A stretch of DNA of 64,000 nt from NCBI GenBank assembly GCA_965198175.1, contig OZ240245.1:96001-160000 (forward strand), in the 5' to 3' direction. Source of the stretch: Candidatus Poribacteria bacterium (lineage in GTDB: Bacteria > Poribacteria > WGA-4E > PCPOR2b). Of this stretch, positions 1-9,732 are shown piece by piece; position 1 is the stretch's first letter, and each line of letters opens with the position of its first letter. The translations under genes and the position numbers were made by a program. The notes beneath the pieces were generated by a model, which was not told the DNA's origin, did no database searches, and saw only the letters and a list, made by a program, of their open reading frames with translations.

Positions 1-1848
1 TGGGGAACAGGCGGGTATGCCAGTGGTCAAAGCTTTCCCACCGTTGTTTCGTTGTACTTCAACGCCATTTTCATCCTTCTGCTGCTGATTGGTTGGAACT
101 ATCTGACTCGTTTCGTCGCCCCTCGCAAACAGTTCAGTGATGGTGAGTTAATCGTCGTCTATCTGCTACTCGCGGTAGCATCATCCCTCGCCGGGCACGA
201 TATGCTCCAGTTGCTCTGGCCTCTTATACCCCATTCAATCTGGTTTGCAACACCGGAAAACGAGTGGGCAGAATTATTCCATCATCTTATTCCCGATTGG
301 CTAACGGTCAAAGATCGGGATGCACTCGTCCCATTTTATCAAGGGGAATCGACGCTGCATGTTTGGAGCCATCTGGGGCTTTGGATTAGACCTGTATTCT
401 GGTGGTCCTCCTTAATTGTTGTTCTGACGTGGATGATGCTCTGTCTGACAGTGCTCGTGCAACGGCAATGGGTCTACAGGGAAAAACTCACTTATCCTGT
501 CATCCAGATTCCGATCCAGCTTACCGAACGGAATGGGTACGCGTTGTTCAGAAACAGGTTGTTTTGGATAGGGTTCATCTTGGCAGGGAGCATGAACCTG
601 ATCAACGGTCTCCATTTTCTATTCCCGGTTGTGCCCAGCGTCGGGGGGATAGGCCACAATCCCTCTAAAGTAGGATTTGACTTGGGGCAACTTTTTACAG
701 AAAAACCGTTCAACGCAATTGGCTATACACCGCTCGCAGTTTATCCCTTCGTGGTTGGCTTGAGTTTTTTCATTCCGCTCAACCTTTCGTTCTCCATCTG
801 GTTCTTCTATCTTTTTCGTAAAATAGTTCAGGTTTGGGGAACCATGCTAGGATTGGGACACCTGCCAGGCTTTCCCTTTCCGCACGAGCAGTTGTTCGGT
901 GCTTGGATCGCACTCGGGATTGCTGCAGTATGGTTAACCCGAAGATTTCTGATTGAGCAGATTAAGACCGCCTTTCGGCGCAGCGACGAAGATACCGAGC
1001 ATGTTCGCATCGTAAGGCAGGCGGCGATCGGCTTCGCTTCAGGTGTGCTTTTTGTCTTGTTCTTCTGTTTCAGTGCCGGGGTTTCAGCTATTCACGCCTT
1101 AGCGTATTTTGGTTTATTCTTTGCGCTTGCGCTTGCGATTACCCGTGTCCGCGCTGAACTTGGGCCACCCACGCATGATGTCCTCTGGCATCCTGGCGGT
1201 GCTTTAATCTCCTTTTTGGGAACACGCCGATTCGGCGGAAAAAGCTTGACGCTCTTCACGTTTTTTCGTGGCTTCAACCGATCATACCGCTGTCACCCAA
1301 TGCCGGTTATGCTCGAAGGCTTCAAAGCGGCAGAATTGCGCAGCATCTCTCCAAGCAAGTTGGTTGCTGCAATCATGCTAGTAACTGTCGTCGGCACAAT
1401 CTCGTCCGCTTGGGCATACTATGCACAGGGCTACCGTTACGGCGCTGCGGTCTACGGAGAGCAGTGGATTCGGGGGGCGTTTCTCGGTCAGTTGCGCGTT
1501 TGGTTGACAACCCCTCAGGATGCGGCACCGCTGGAAATCTCGGCGTCGATTGGAGCGTTCGCGTTTACCGGGCTACTCACAGGGCTGCACCGCCGGTTTA
1601 TCTGGTGGCCCTTTCACCCGGCTGGCTATGCAATCGGGATAGGCTATCAGACCATGAACTGGTACTGGGGCTCTATCCTTCTGAGTTGGTTGATGAAGCT
1701 AATTATATTCCGGATTGGTGGAATTCGCGCCTATCGGAAAGGGGTTCCGTTTTTTACCGGGCTTGTACTGGGTGAGTTTCTTATCGGAGCACTCTGGAGT
1801 TTAACCGGTGTCATCCTGGATCGCCCGATGTATCGCTTTATGTTTTAG
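1..1848 (+). CDS. DUF6785/DUF6784-like polytopic membrane protein (putative transporter), 5'-truncated by the window edge
   Basis: Frame is open from base 1. Many TM helices; motifs FATPENEW, ExLxYPxIQxP, RVRAELGPP, WPFHPAGY; paralogous to the next gene. Confidence 0.8.
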   Translation, partial: WGTGGYASGQSFPTVVSLYFNAIFILLLLIGWNYLTRFVAPRKQFSDGELIVVYLLLAVASSLAGHDMLQLLWPLIPHSIWFATPENEWAELFHHLIPDWLTVKDRDALVPFYQGESTLHVWSHLGLWIRPVFWWSSLIVVLTWMMLCLTVLVQRQWVYREKLTYPVIQIPIQLTERNGYALFRNRLFWIGFILAGSMNLINGLHFLFPVVPSVGGIGHNPSKVGFDLGQLFTEKPFNAIGYTPLAVYPFVVGLSFFIPLNLSFSIWFFYLFRKIVQVWGTMLGLGHLPGFPFPHEQLFGAWIALGIAAVWLTRRFLIEQIKTAFRRSDEDTEHVRIVRQAAIGFASGVLFVLFFCFSAGVSAIHALAYFGLFFALALAITRVRAELGPPTHDVLWHPGGALISFLGTRRFGGKSLTLFTFFRGFNRSYRCHPMPVMLEGFKAAELRSISPSKLVAAIMLVTVVGTISSAWAYYAQGYRYGAAVYGEQWIRGAFLGQLRVWLTTPQDAAPLEISASIGAFAFTGLLTGLHRRFIWWPFHPAGYAIGIGYQTMNWYWGSILLSWLMKLIIFRIGGIRAYRKGVPFFTGLVLGEFLIGALWSLTGVILDRPMYRFMF

Positions 1849-1927
1849 GTTGCGAATGGACAGTGCATAAGGAGAAGTGATACAATACCGTTAACCGTGA
1901 TTAGATGATTAGATAAGGAGAATAGAA

Positions 1928-3841
1928 CTGCTGCAAACGAAAGGGGAAATATCATATTTTCGCGCCTTTCTTCTTGGCATCCTGCTGATACCGATAAATC
2001 TCTATTGGATTATGCAGGCGGAGACGATATATCGCCCTGTTTTTTCAACCCTATTTACCCTCTTTTACAATGTAACGTTCAGTCTCTTTGTATTAGTGGT
2101 ATTAAACGCGCTGCTCAAACGGTACACACCGAGGCTCGCCCTCCAACCGAGTGAACTGCTAATCATCTACGTCATGCTTTCCATCGCCACGGCTATCTTT
2201 GGGCATGATCTGATGCTCGTGATGATTCAAAATCTCACTGCCTTCTGGTTCGCCACCCCCGAAAATGAATGGTCGATTCTTTATGGTAGACATCTGCCCC
2301 AATGGCTGAGTGTGGTTGATGAAAAGGCACTCTTAAGCTATTATGAAGGAGAGTCAACGCTTTATCTTGCTATGCACCTCAAAGCCTGGCTGATTCCCGC
2401 CGCGTTTTGGGGCGGCTTTCTGATTGTGCTCCTCTTCGTACTGGTGTGCATCAACACCATCGTCCGAAAACAGTGGACGGAAAACGAAAAGTTGTCCTAT
2501 CCGGTAATCCAACTGCCGCTGGAATTGGCGAGAGGCGGCACGGGTCTACTTGGCAATCGTCATCTATGGATTGGATTTGCGATCGCGGGTGGGATAGATT
2601 TAATCAACGGTCTACACGGCATCTTTCCTGTACTGCCAAGTATAAAGCCGACCTACAATATTGCGCCGCTCTTTACCACGAAGCCGTGGAATGCTATTGG
2701 TTGGACGCCTGTAGCAATCTATCCCTTTGTAGTGGGATTGAGTTACTTTTTGCCCTTAAATTTGGCGTTTTCGGCGTGGTTCTTCCATGTATTCTGGAAG
2801 GCAGAACTGATTTTTCGGAAGGCGGTTGGGCTGTGGGGCGCACCTGGTCCGTATCGCAGTTTTGAAACGTCAGGTGCCTGGATGGTGTTGGCTGTTTTTG
2901 TGTTATGTGGAAATTGGAAATACCTCAAACAGGTGCTCAGTCGCGCTATCCGTGGCAATCATCATTGCAACAAGCCATATGCCGAGGAGCCGATGAGCTA
3001 CCGAGCGGCAACGATGGGGCTAATACTTGGAATAATCGCTCTAGTGGTCAGTCTCGCATACGCTGGTATGTCCGCTTGGGTTGCCGCCTTGTTTCTTCTA
3101 ATCTATCTTGTCTACTCCATCGCACTTGCCCGTGTTCGGGCGGAGATTGGACCACCTTCTCACGACGCCGAGATGATTGGTCCAGAGATGGTTCTACTCA
3201 ACAGTCTCGGCGCACGTCGCATCGGTGTACGGAGTATCACAATGTTCAGTCGTACCTATTGGATGAGCCGAGCATATCGCTCCCATCCGGTAGGTCACCA
3301 ACTGGAAGGTTTCAAAATCGCACAGACGATTGGGGCTTCTAGCCGCACCTTCTTGGCTGCAATGATTGTCGCCTCTGTTATTGGAACGCTTGCGGGTTTT
3401 TGGGCGTTTCTGGATAATATGTACCGGCACGGTGCAGGGAACGTCTATCATAATATCGGCGGCGAGTCGTTCCGTCGTTTGGAAGTTTGGCTGCAAAATC
3501 CGCTGGCGGAGAATAATCTTATGCTCAGAGATGTGGGGTTAGGAGCTGCCATAACGGCGTTACTCACGGTGCTTCATCAGCGGTTTGTTGGGTTTCCTTT
3601 TCACCCGGTCGGCTATGCAGTTGCCTGTGGATGGGTGATGAGTATAGCCTGGTTTTCAATCTTCTTTTCGTGGCTTGTCAAGTGGGGAATTCTGAAGTTT
3701 GGCGGAATCAGACTCTATCGACAAATGGTGCCGTTCTTTTTGGGGCTAATTCTGGGCCAACACGTTGTTGGAGGATTATGGACAATCATCGGCGAAATCC
3801 GCGGCGCCCATGTGCATCAGTTTTTCCCTTATGCGTTTTGA
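1928..3841 (+). CDS. DUF6785/DUF6784-like polytopic membrane protein, paralogue of the upstream gene; probable CTG start
   Basis: ORF 2012-3841 extends in frame upstream through FRAFLLGILLIPINLYWI to CTG 1928, 7 nt after SD AAGGAG (1915-1920); same motifs as gene 1. Confidence 0.8.
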   Translation: MLQTKGEISYFRAFLLGILLIPINLYWIMQAETIYRPVFSTLFTLFYNVTFSLFVLVVLNALLKRYTPRLALQPSELLIIYVMLSIATAIFGHDLMLVMIQNLTAFWFATPENEWSILYGRHLPQWLSVVDEKALLSYYEGESTLYLAMHLKAWLIPAAFWGGFLIVLLFVLVCINTIVRKQWTENEKLSYPVIQLPLELARGGTGLLGNRHLWIGFAIAGGIDLINGLHGIFPVLPSIKPTYNIAPLFTTKPWNAIGWTPVAIYPFVVGLSYFLPLNLAFSAWFFHVFWKAELIFRKAVGLWGAPGPYRSFETSGAWMVLAVFVLCGNWKYLKQVLSRAIRGNHHCNKPYAEEPMSYRAATMGLILGIIALVVSLAYAGMSAWVAALFLLIYLVYSIALARVRAEIGPPSHDAEMIGPEMVLLNSLGARRIGVRSITMFSRTYWMSRAYRSHPVGHQLEGFKIAQTIGASSRTFLAAMIVASVIGTLAGFWAFLDNMYRHGAGNVYHNIGGESFRRLEVWLQNPLAENNLMLRDVGLGAAITALLTVLHQRFVGFPFHPVGYAVACGWVMSIAWFSIFFSWLVKWGILKFGGIRLYRQMVPFFLGLILGQHVVGGLWTIIGEIRGAHVHQFFPYAF

Positions 3842-4027
3842 AAGAGGACTTCGGGCATGAACTTGAGAAGGCAGGTATCCCCAAAACAACTCCTACCCAA
3901 TCGCAAACCAAGAACCTGCAACCTATAAAGCCGGTGATTCCAAAGCCTATGCCCGCAGCTTGCGCTGTGACATTTCTGACTAATTTTTCGATCTGTTGAA
4001 CCGCATACCGTCCCGCCGTTTTTTTGC

Positions 4028-4056
4028 TTGACCGTGTTGTTTCCCTCATGTATAAT
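4028..4056 (+). promoter_or_regulatory. Sigma70-type promoter of the pantoate kinase/PPS operon
   Basis: TTGACC (4028-4033), 17 bp spacer, TATAAT (4051-4056). Confidence 0.65.
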
Positions 4057-4190
4057 TCGTTTCAGGAGCGTACGATTAAACACAGCGAATCTGTGCTTGT
4101 GCCATGGAGAGAGTGGTCTAGTAGTTGGAACGTCAATGCCCGTTCCGTCCGCCGTCAAGAAATCCCACCAAAGTCGAAGAAGCGTCAAGG

Positions 4191-5030
4191 ATGAGAATGG
4201 AACAGGTCAGTGCGTTTGCGCCCAGCAATATCTCATGTGTTTTCAAGGTTGTCCCGCATGAGGACGCGACCAAAATGCACTCGCTTGGGATGGGGTTTAC
4301 CATCAATGAAGGGGTAGTGGTGACGGTTTCTCCGTATAGGCAGACCAGTGTTCTGTTTAATAGCGACGAGATACATTTCCCCACAGTGGTCTCTGCCCTT
4401 CAAAAATTAACACCCCAACCAATCCGCATCGAAATCACCTCGTCACAGCCTTTAGGGTGTGGATTTGGATTGAGCGGTGCCTCTTCGTTAGCCACGGCGT
4501 ATGCAGTAAATGCTTTGCTGAGACTCGGCAGATCTCCAAGGGAGCTAGCGATGATAGCTCACGTGGCTGAGGTGGAGAATTTGACCGGCTTGGGAGATGT
4601 CTGTGCGCAATATCACGGTGGTTGCCTCGTCAAATTAAAGGCAGGTCACCCTCTCTCGGCAGAGCGTTTGCCCGTTCGAGAACAAACTATCTACTATAGA
4701 TATTTCGGTCCCATTCAGACCAAAGACGTCCTCACAAATTCTAAGCAGACTGACAACATCAACAGATCAGCCGATAAGACGTTGAGAAATCTAGAAGAAC
4801 TCGTTAATTCTGAAGCCGTTGACTTCAATACTTGCATCAGATTATCTAAGGAATTCGCTGTCGAAAGCGGACTTTTGAAAGATCGAAATGTCCGATTTAT
4901 CATCGATCAGATTGAAAGTGAGAACGGGTTTGCGTCTATGATAATGCTGGGAAATGCTGTTTTCAGCACCCAACCTTTTGAAGGATCGAAAGAGGCGATG
5001 CTCTCCATAGAACGGGTGAGGTTGTTGTGA
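4191..5030 (+). CDS. Archaeal-type pantoate kinase (GHMP kinase family)
   Basis: N-terminal AFAPxxIxxxF, SLGMGF, GHMP loop PLGCGFGLSGA, AHVAEV..TGLGDV, SMIMLGNAVF; GTGA overlap with PPS. Start 4191 or 4197. Confidence 0.85.
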   Translation: MRMEQVSAFAPSNISCVFKVVPHEDATKMHSLGMGFTINEGVVVTVSPYRQTSVLFNSDEIHFPTVVSALQKLTPQPIRIEITSSQPLGCGFGLSGASSLATAYAVNALLRLGRSPRELAMIAHVAEVENLTGLGDVCAQYHGGCLVKLKAGHPLSAERLPVREQTIYYRYFGPIQTKDVLTNSKQTDNINRSADKTLRNLEELVNSEAVDFNTCIRLSKEFAVESGLLKDRNVRFIIDQIESENGFASMIMLGNAVFSTQPFEGSKEAMLSIERVRLL

Positions 5031-5761
5031 GCGATGTTCCTGAAGGTCATCCACGGTATAGATCGCTAAAACTACGAGATGATATTGTCGCAGGCGTGGA
5101 GAGCGGGATTACCTCCCGCCATGGTCTGATGGCGCATGGTCGCGGGGAAGCTTTTGACTATCTTATCGGCGAAGAAACGCAACCGTTCGCCAGGCAAGCT
5201 ATTCACACAAGCGCCGCCATGCTCTTGCTTGCGGAACACCCTGTAGTCTCTGTAAATGGCAATGTCGCAGCACTTGTCCCTGATGAAGTGATAGCGTTAG
5301 GAAAGATGCTTAAGGCGCCACTGGAAGTAAATATCTTCCACGCCTCTAAAGCTCGGGAGGAGGCGATACAACAGCATCTATTGAAACACGGTGCAGTTCA
5401 GGTGTTGATGCCTACCACCGCTGCCCAGCTTTCGTTTATCGACTCGAACCGAAAGTTCGTCCATCCAGATGGCATTTTCAGCGCAGATGTCGTATTTGTA
5501 CCGCTCGAAGACGGAGATCGTTGTGAATCGCTACGCAAAATGGGAAAATATGTCGTTACAATAGATCTCAACCCAATGTCACAAACAGCAAACAGATCAA
5601 GCGTGACCATCGTGGACAATGTGGTCAGGGCTTTGCCGCTACTGATTCAGGAGATTCACGCGCTGACACACACTTCGCCGATTGTCTTACATCAGATTGT
5701 TTCTAGATACAGCAACGAAAGGATTTTAGAAACTGCACTGCAATGGATTCGCAGAGCATAA
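5027..5761 (+). CDS. Archaeal-type phosphopantothenate synthetase (4-phosphopantoate--beta-alanine ligase)
   Basis: HPRYxSL, GLMAHGRGEAFDYLIGE, PVVSVNGNVAAL, VPLEDGDR, IDLNPxSxT, VDNVVRA are characteristic of the archaeal PPS family. Confidence 0.9.
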   Translation: MSDVPEGHPRYRSLKLRDDIVAGVESGITSRHGLMAHGRGEAFDYLIGEETQPFARQAIHTSAAMLLLAEHPVVSVNGNVAALVPDEVIALGKMLKAPLEVNIFHASKAREEAIQQHLLKHGAVQVLMPTTAAQLSFIDSNRKFVHPDGIFSADVVFVPLEDGDRCESLRKMGKYVVTIDLNPMSQTANRSSVTIVDNVVRALPLLIQEIHALTHTSPIVLHQIVSRYSNERILETALQWIRRA

Positions 5762-5815
5762 CGAACTAAACCCCGGTTTACTGGGGTGTTATTAAGATTT
5801 TAAAAGGAGAACCCC

Positions 5816-6898
5816 ATGGCATGGGAAGCGGAAAAGCCGATACGCGTTGCGATTGTCGGTGTCGGCAACTGCACGAGTGCCCTTATCCAGGGACTCGCGT
5901 ATTATCGAAAATTTGGCGCAGATGCGCCAGGGCTCATGAACGTTGATATCGGTGGCTACAAGGTCACCGACATTATACCGGTGGCAGCCTTTGATATTGA
6001 TGCCCGACGGGTCGGACTAGACTTATCACAAGCGATTTTTTCCGGATCGAATATCGCCTATCACTACCCCGATGTAGATGTCCCAAGCTGCGGTGTCGAG
6101 GTCCACATGGGTCCACCGTTGGATGGTATCAGTTCCGCATTGTCGGACTTTGTAGAAGTTTCCGACCAACCGGCGGTGAATGTCGCGCAAATTCTACGGG
6201 ACAGTGGAGCAGAGATGCTACTGAACTTCTTGCCGACCGCTTCAGCAGAGGCGGCGAGATTTTACGCTGATGCTGCTATCAAAGAGGCTCAAATTGGGTT
6301 TATCAATGGAATGCCGGAACTAATTGTCTGCGATCCCGCCTACCAGCAAGCTTCCATCGAAAATGGTGTCCCGTTGATAGGCGACGATGTGAAGAGCCAG
6401 CTTGGCGGTACGGCTATCCACCGGGCATTGCTTCAACTGTTGCGAGCGAGAGGTATCCACGTCAAACGTACCTATCAGGTAAACTACGCTGGCAATACCG
6501 ATTTTTACAACCTCGTCAACCGGGGGCAGTCGAAGCACAAGACCAAGCGAGAAGCTCTTGAAACCCTGGTTTCTTCGGATTCAGAAATCTCGACCGGGTT
6601 TTCCTACGTTGACTTCATGGGAGACCGTAAAACCGCACTTTTCTATGTTGATGCCAGTAACTATGGAGATGCGCCGCTGCACTTCGAAGCCAAATTGGAG
6701 GTTGAAGACAGTGCAAACTTTGGCGGCGTAATGGTAGACATGATTCGATACATGAAGCTGGCGCTCGATCGCGGGACTTCGGGAATACTCCATGCCGCAT
6801 CCGCCTGGTTGACCAAGCATCCACCAATAACGGTAGACGACGACTCTCTCGCCGTTCAGCAGTTGAACGAATTCGTCACTGGACAACGAGAGCGATAA
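5816..6898 (+). CDS. ino1: Myo-inositol-1-phosphate synthase (inositol-3-phosphate synthase)
   Basis: VAIVGVGNCxSALxQG Rossmann motif, GDDVKSQLG, GNTDF, KLEVEDSAN; SD AAAGGAG. Confidence 0.9.
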   Translation: MAWEAEKPIRVAIVGVGNCTSALIQGLAYYRKFGADAPGLMNVDIGGYKVTDIIPVAAFDIDARRVGLDLSQAIFSGSNIAYHYPDVDVPSCGVEVHMGPPLDGISSALSDFVEVSDQPAVNVAQILRDSGAEMLLNFLPTASAEAARFYADAAIKEAQIGFINGMPELIVCDPAYQQASIENGVPLIGDDVKSQLGGTAIHRALLQLLRARGIHVKRTYQVNYAGNTDFYNLVNRGQSKHKTKREALETLVSSDSEISTGFSYVDFMGDRKTALFYVDASNYGDAPLHFEAKLEVEDSANFGGVMVDMIRYMKLALDRGTSGILHAASAWLTKHPPITVDDDSLAVQQLNEFVTGQRER

Positions 6899-7236
6899 AT
6901 AGCACAAGTCTCCTACCTTCAATCGGGGTTACGCGGGCCGATAAGGCGGAGCGGTGGGAGGCACTAACTATACTAAGGGTTACTCAGCCAATAAAGTTAC
7001 ACACCGGTTGAGCTGGCGATTTCAACCGAAATTTTCAAGAAGGCTGCTTGGGTAGAGAATTGGGCGATTTTCAACCCAACTTCCTCAGTTCTTAAGATTC
7101 ATCGTTGACCTCCCTTCTCTTAATTCGAAGACATTCTTTAAATTAACACATTCTCAGCCGTCTTCATCTGAACGCTTCCCTGCCACCGAATTGAAATTGA
7201 ATTGTATCCCCTCTATGCATCTACAAATCTTTTTGG

Positions 7237-7265
7237 TTGAAATTGGCGGGTTTATCTGGTACATT
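7237..7265 (+). promoter_or_regulatory. Possible sigma70 promoter about 500 bp upstream of tonB
   Basis: TTGAAA, 17 bp spacer ending TGG, then TACATT. Confidence 0.3.
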
Positions 7266-7771
7266 ATATGGTAACGGTTTAATATCGAAATTTTCAGATC
7301 GTATCTTTCTGGATCGGATTATCCGATACAACCGTCACGACTATCTTTCTGGGCATGGCGATTACTGGCATCAAGAATCTTGTTGTTGCTTGTCTCACGG
7401 ATTATTGTTAGTATCAGGCATAAGGGAGGGGTTGACTACCGCCTCAAAAACGTCGCAATCGAATGTTCCGGTAAATGCGAGTCAAACTCGAACGTAGCGT
7501 TGTCTGAATTAAGGGTCACGTCGTCGTGTGAGGAAACTTCAGAACAGCTAAACCAAACCCCGGCGGATTTCGTTTTTTATAACAGAAACACACAACGGAT
7601 TTCATCACTTCAGAATCGAATATCTAAATCGACATAAACCTCCAACCCTTCTCTCGAACTTATCCTTGTTCCTGCTTTCCAATTAAGCTTAGTAGAATAG
7701 CAATTCAGTTCAGTCGACATCTTGATGAGTTCTCAACGAAAGACTCTTAACAAAGAGGAGAATTTCGAACC

Positions 7772-8692
7772 ATGTCCAATGGTGATGCTGATAACACCGA
7801 GGAGTTTCGATATAAAGCAGATTCCTTGAAGTCGAATTCGCTAGATCAGGAACATAAGCGTCCAATCTCTGCAGTTCAGCCGATATTAGATCGACGACAG
7901 ATAAAGGGGAATCGCGCGTCTAAATCTCTTGCATGGACTGTTTCTCTTGTTTTTCACTTATTCGTAGCGCTGTTTGCCGGGTTACACATTGCCCAAAATG
8001 TAGCGATTGACGATGATGATGCGGTGGTAGCCAACATTTTGCGAGCGGAGGACATTCCTAAAAAACGTCGTCTTCGCCAACGGGTAGTCAAGAAGATTGT
8101 ACCCGATGTACAGCGGACTCAGACGATACAACCCCGGCGGCCAATAACAAAAGTGCAAATTTCACCCGGCGATGGAGCGCTTACGATTCCTTCAGATAGT
8201 CTTGAAATTGACTCATCTGATGCACCTCCGGTTATACCGAGGCTTGAAAGACCGCCAGTATCTGGAGGGCTTCGCCCAAACATTGAAACTAAGATACCGA
8301 AGATTGCGCCCACCAGGGCTGACAAACCACAAATTCTTGACAAGTTTGAGACAGTAATCACGCAGGTAGAGCTCGAGCTAGAAGAACTTGTCGATGTACC
8401 AATCGTGGACACAAACGATAATACAAAGCCACCTAAGTCTCTCCATAAACGCAAGCCCAAGTACCCGGAAGCTGCTCGTCGTGCCGGAAAGGAAGGGGTT
8501 GTGCGGTTAGAAGCGACGATTGGTACCGACGGTAAAGCGAAAGATATTAAGGTTATCGAGGGAATCGGATTTGGCTGCGACGAAGCCGCGATTGAGGCGC
8601 TAAAGAAGTCACGGTTTACTCCAGCCGAAAAAGACGGTAAACCGGTGGATAGGCGTATAATTATTCCGTATCGGTTCAAGATTGAGGATTAA
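7772..8692 (+). CDS. tonB: Energy transducer TonB family protein
   Basis: TM anchor with SxxxH (SLVFH), Pro-rich linker, TonB C-domain PKYPEAARRAGKEGVV...FTPA...F. Confidence 0.85.
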   Translation: MSNGDADNTEEFRYKADSLKSNSLDQEHKRPISAVQPILDRRQIKGNRASKSLAWTVSLVFHLFVALFAGLHIAQNVAIDDDDAVVANILRAEDIPKKRRLRQRVVKKIVPDVQRTQTIQPRRPITKVQISPGDGALTIPSDSLEIDSSDAPPVIPRLERPPVSGGLRPNIETKIPKIAPTRADKPQILDKFETVITQVELELEELVDVPIVDTNDNTKPPKSLHKRKPKYPEAARRAGKEGVVRLEATIGTDGKAKDIKVIEGIGFGCDEAAIEALKKSRFTPAEKDGKPVDRRIIIPYRFKIED

Positions 8693-8739
8693 GAATTCTC
8701 AGATAAGTATGCAGGAATAGGAACTTCCATATCTCCGAA

Positions 8740-9549
8740 TTGACGCGATACGTAACAGCGATCGTCGCTCTGTTTCTTGTTCTGTCTCTTAGCCCCTCGG
8801 CAGAATTTCCGTTTGAAACTGCACGTCCGCTGTACGTCGGTGCGAGAGCTTTGGGAATGGGAAACGCATTTACGGCAATCGCAGACGACGCAACAGCAGG
8901 TTTCTGGAATCCTGCTGGATTGATACAGGGGCAAGGGGTTAAAATATTCGGTGCCAACAAATTTCACAACCGAAACGATTATGCCTTCGATCCAAAAGGA
9001 ATTGGCTACACCTATCGTGGGTATGGGTTGTTCTGGGGAAACAAGATTGCATTGGGGGTTGAATCGGGAACTCCTGATTTCAATTACTACTCATTTGCCC
9101 GTCAGATTAACGCCTACAGCGCTATTGGCACCAGTATCAAATTCAAGCGCAAACACCCAAGTGAACGTTATCAATTCTTCGGTACCCAGCCCTCCTACGA
9201 TTTTGCCCTGCTAATCAAACCTTACACTAATCTGAAATTTGGACTTCTCGCTCAGCATCTTCCTAACCGGTCCAGCATCCAATGGTTGACGCTCGGCGTA
9301 GCATATCGCTGGCGGGAATTGTTGTTAGCTTGCGATACTGCACTGCCGGAATTGCATCTTCGCCGGGCGGATTTCTACCTTGGGGCTGAGTGGAGGTCAG
9401 TTTCATTTCTGCGCGTGCGGGGAGGACTGTCAGATCAGCATTGGACGTTTGGGCTTGGTTTGGATTGGAAGCAGGTTAAGGTTGACTACGGGCGCATTCA
9501 TGAAAGCAATTTTGCATCAGATTTTATCTCAGCGGAACTACGGTTTTGA
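8740..9549 (+). CDS. PorV/FadL-like (UPF0164-like) outer-membrane beta-barrel
   Basis: Signal peptide; GARALGMGNAFTAIADDATAGFWNPAGL motif; amphipathic strands; terminal Phe. Confidence 0.75.
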   Translation: MTRYVTAIVALFLVLSLSPSAEFPFETARPLYVGARALGMGNAFTAIADDATAGFWNPAGLIQGQGVKIFGANKFHNRNDYAFDPKGIGYTYRGYGLFWGNKIALGVESGTPDFNYYSFARQINAYSAIGTSIKFKRKHPSERYQFFGTQPSYDFALLIKPYTNLKFGLLAQHLPNRSSIQWLTLGVAYRWRELLLACDTALPELHLRRADFYLGAEWRSVSFLRVRGGLSDQHWTFGLGLDWKQVKVDYGRIHESNFASDFISAELRF

Positions 9550-9732
9550 TTGTCCGGACAAAATTAAATCTGGATTTCCAGCCTTGAAGTCCGCGAGTAA
9601 AAATTAGGTTTGTTTTGAATTTTCCACTCCAAACGGAGTGAAGTAAAGATTCGGTGTATCTTGCCACAGCACATAAAGAAAAAATGATCTAGGCGGGGCT
9701 TTCTCAATTAAGAAATAGGAGAATTTGGAAAA

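Noticed and set aside
6979..7102. Minus-strand SD+ATG ORF with two in-frame TGA codons (MNLKN*GSW..) as a possible selenoprotein
   Set aside because: No redox motif, and the downstream hairpin lacks a convincing SECIS-like G-containing loop.
9621..9643. CIRCE-like inverted repeat before htpG
   Set aside because: The CACTC/GAGTG core has a 6-bp rather than 9-bp spacer and the outer arms do not match.
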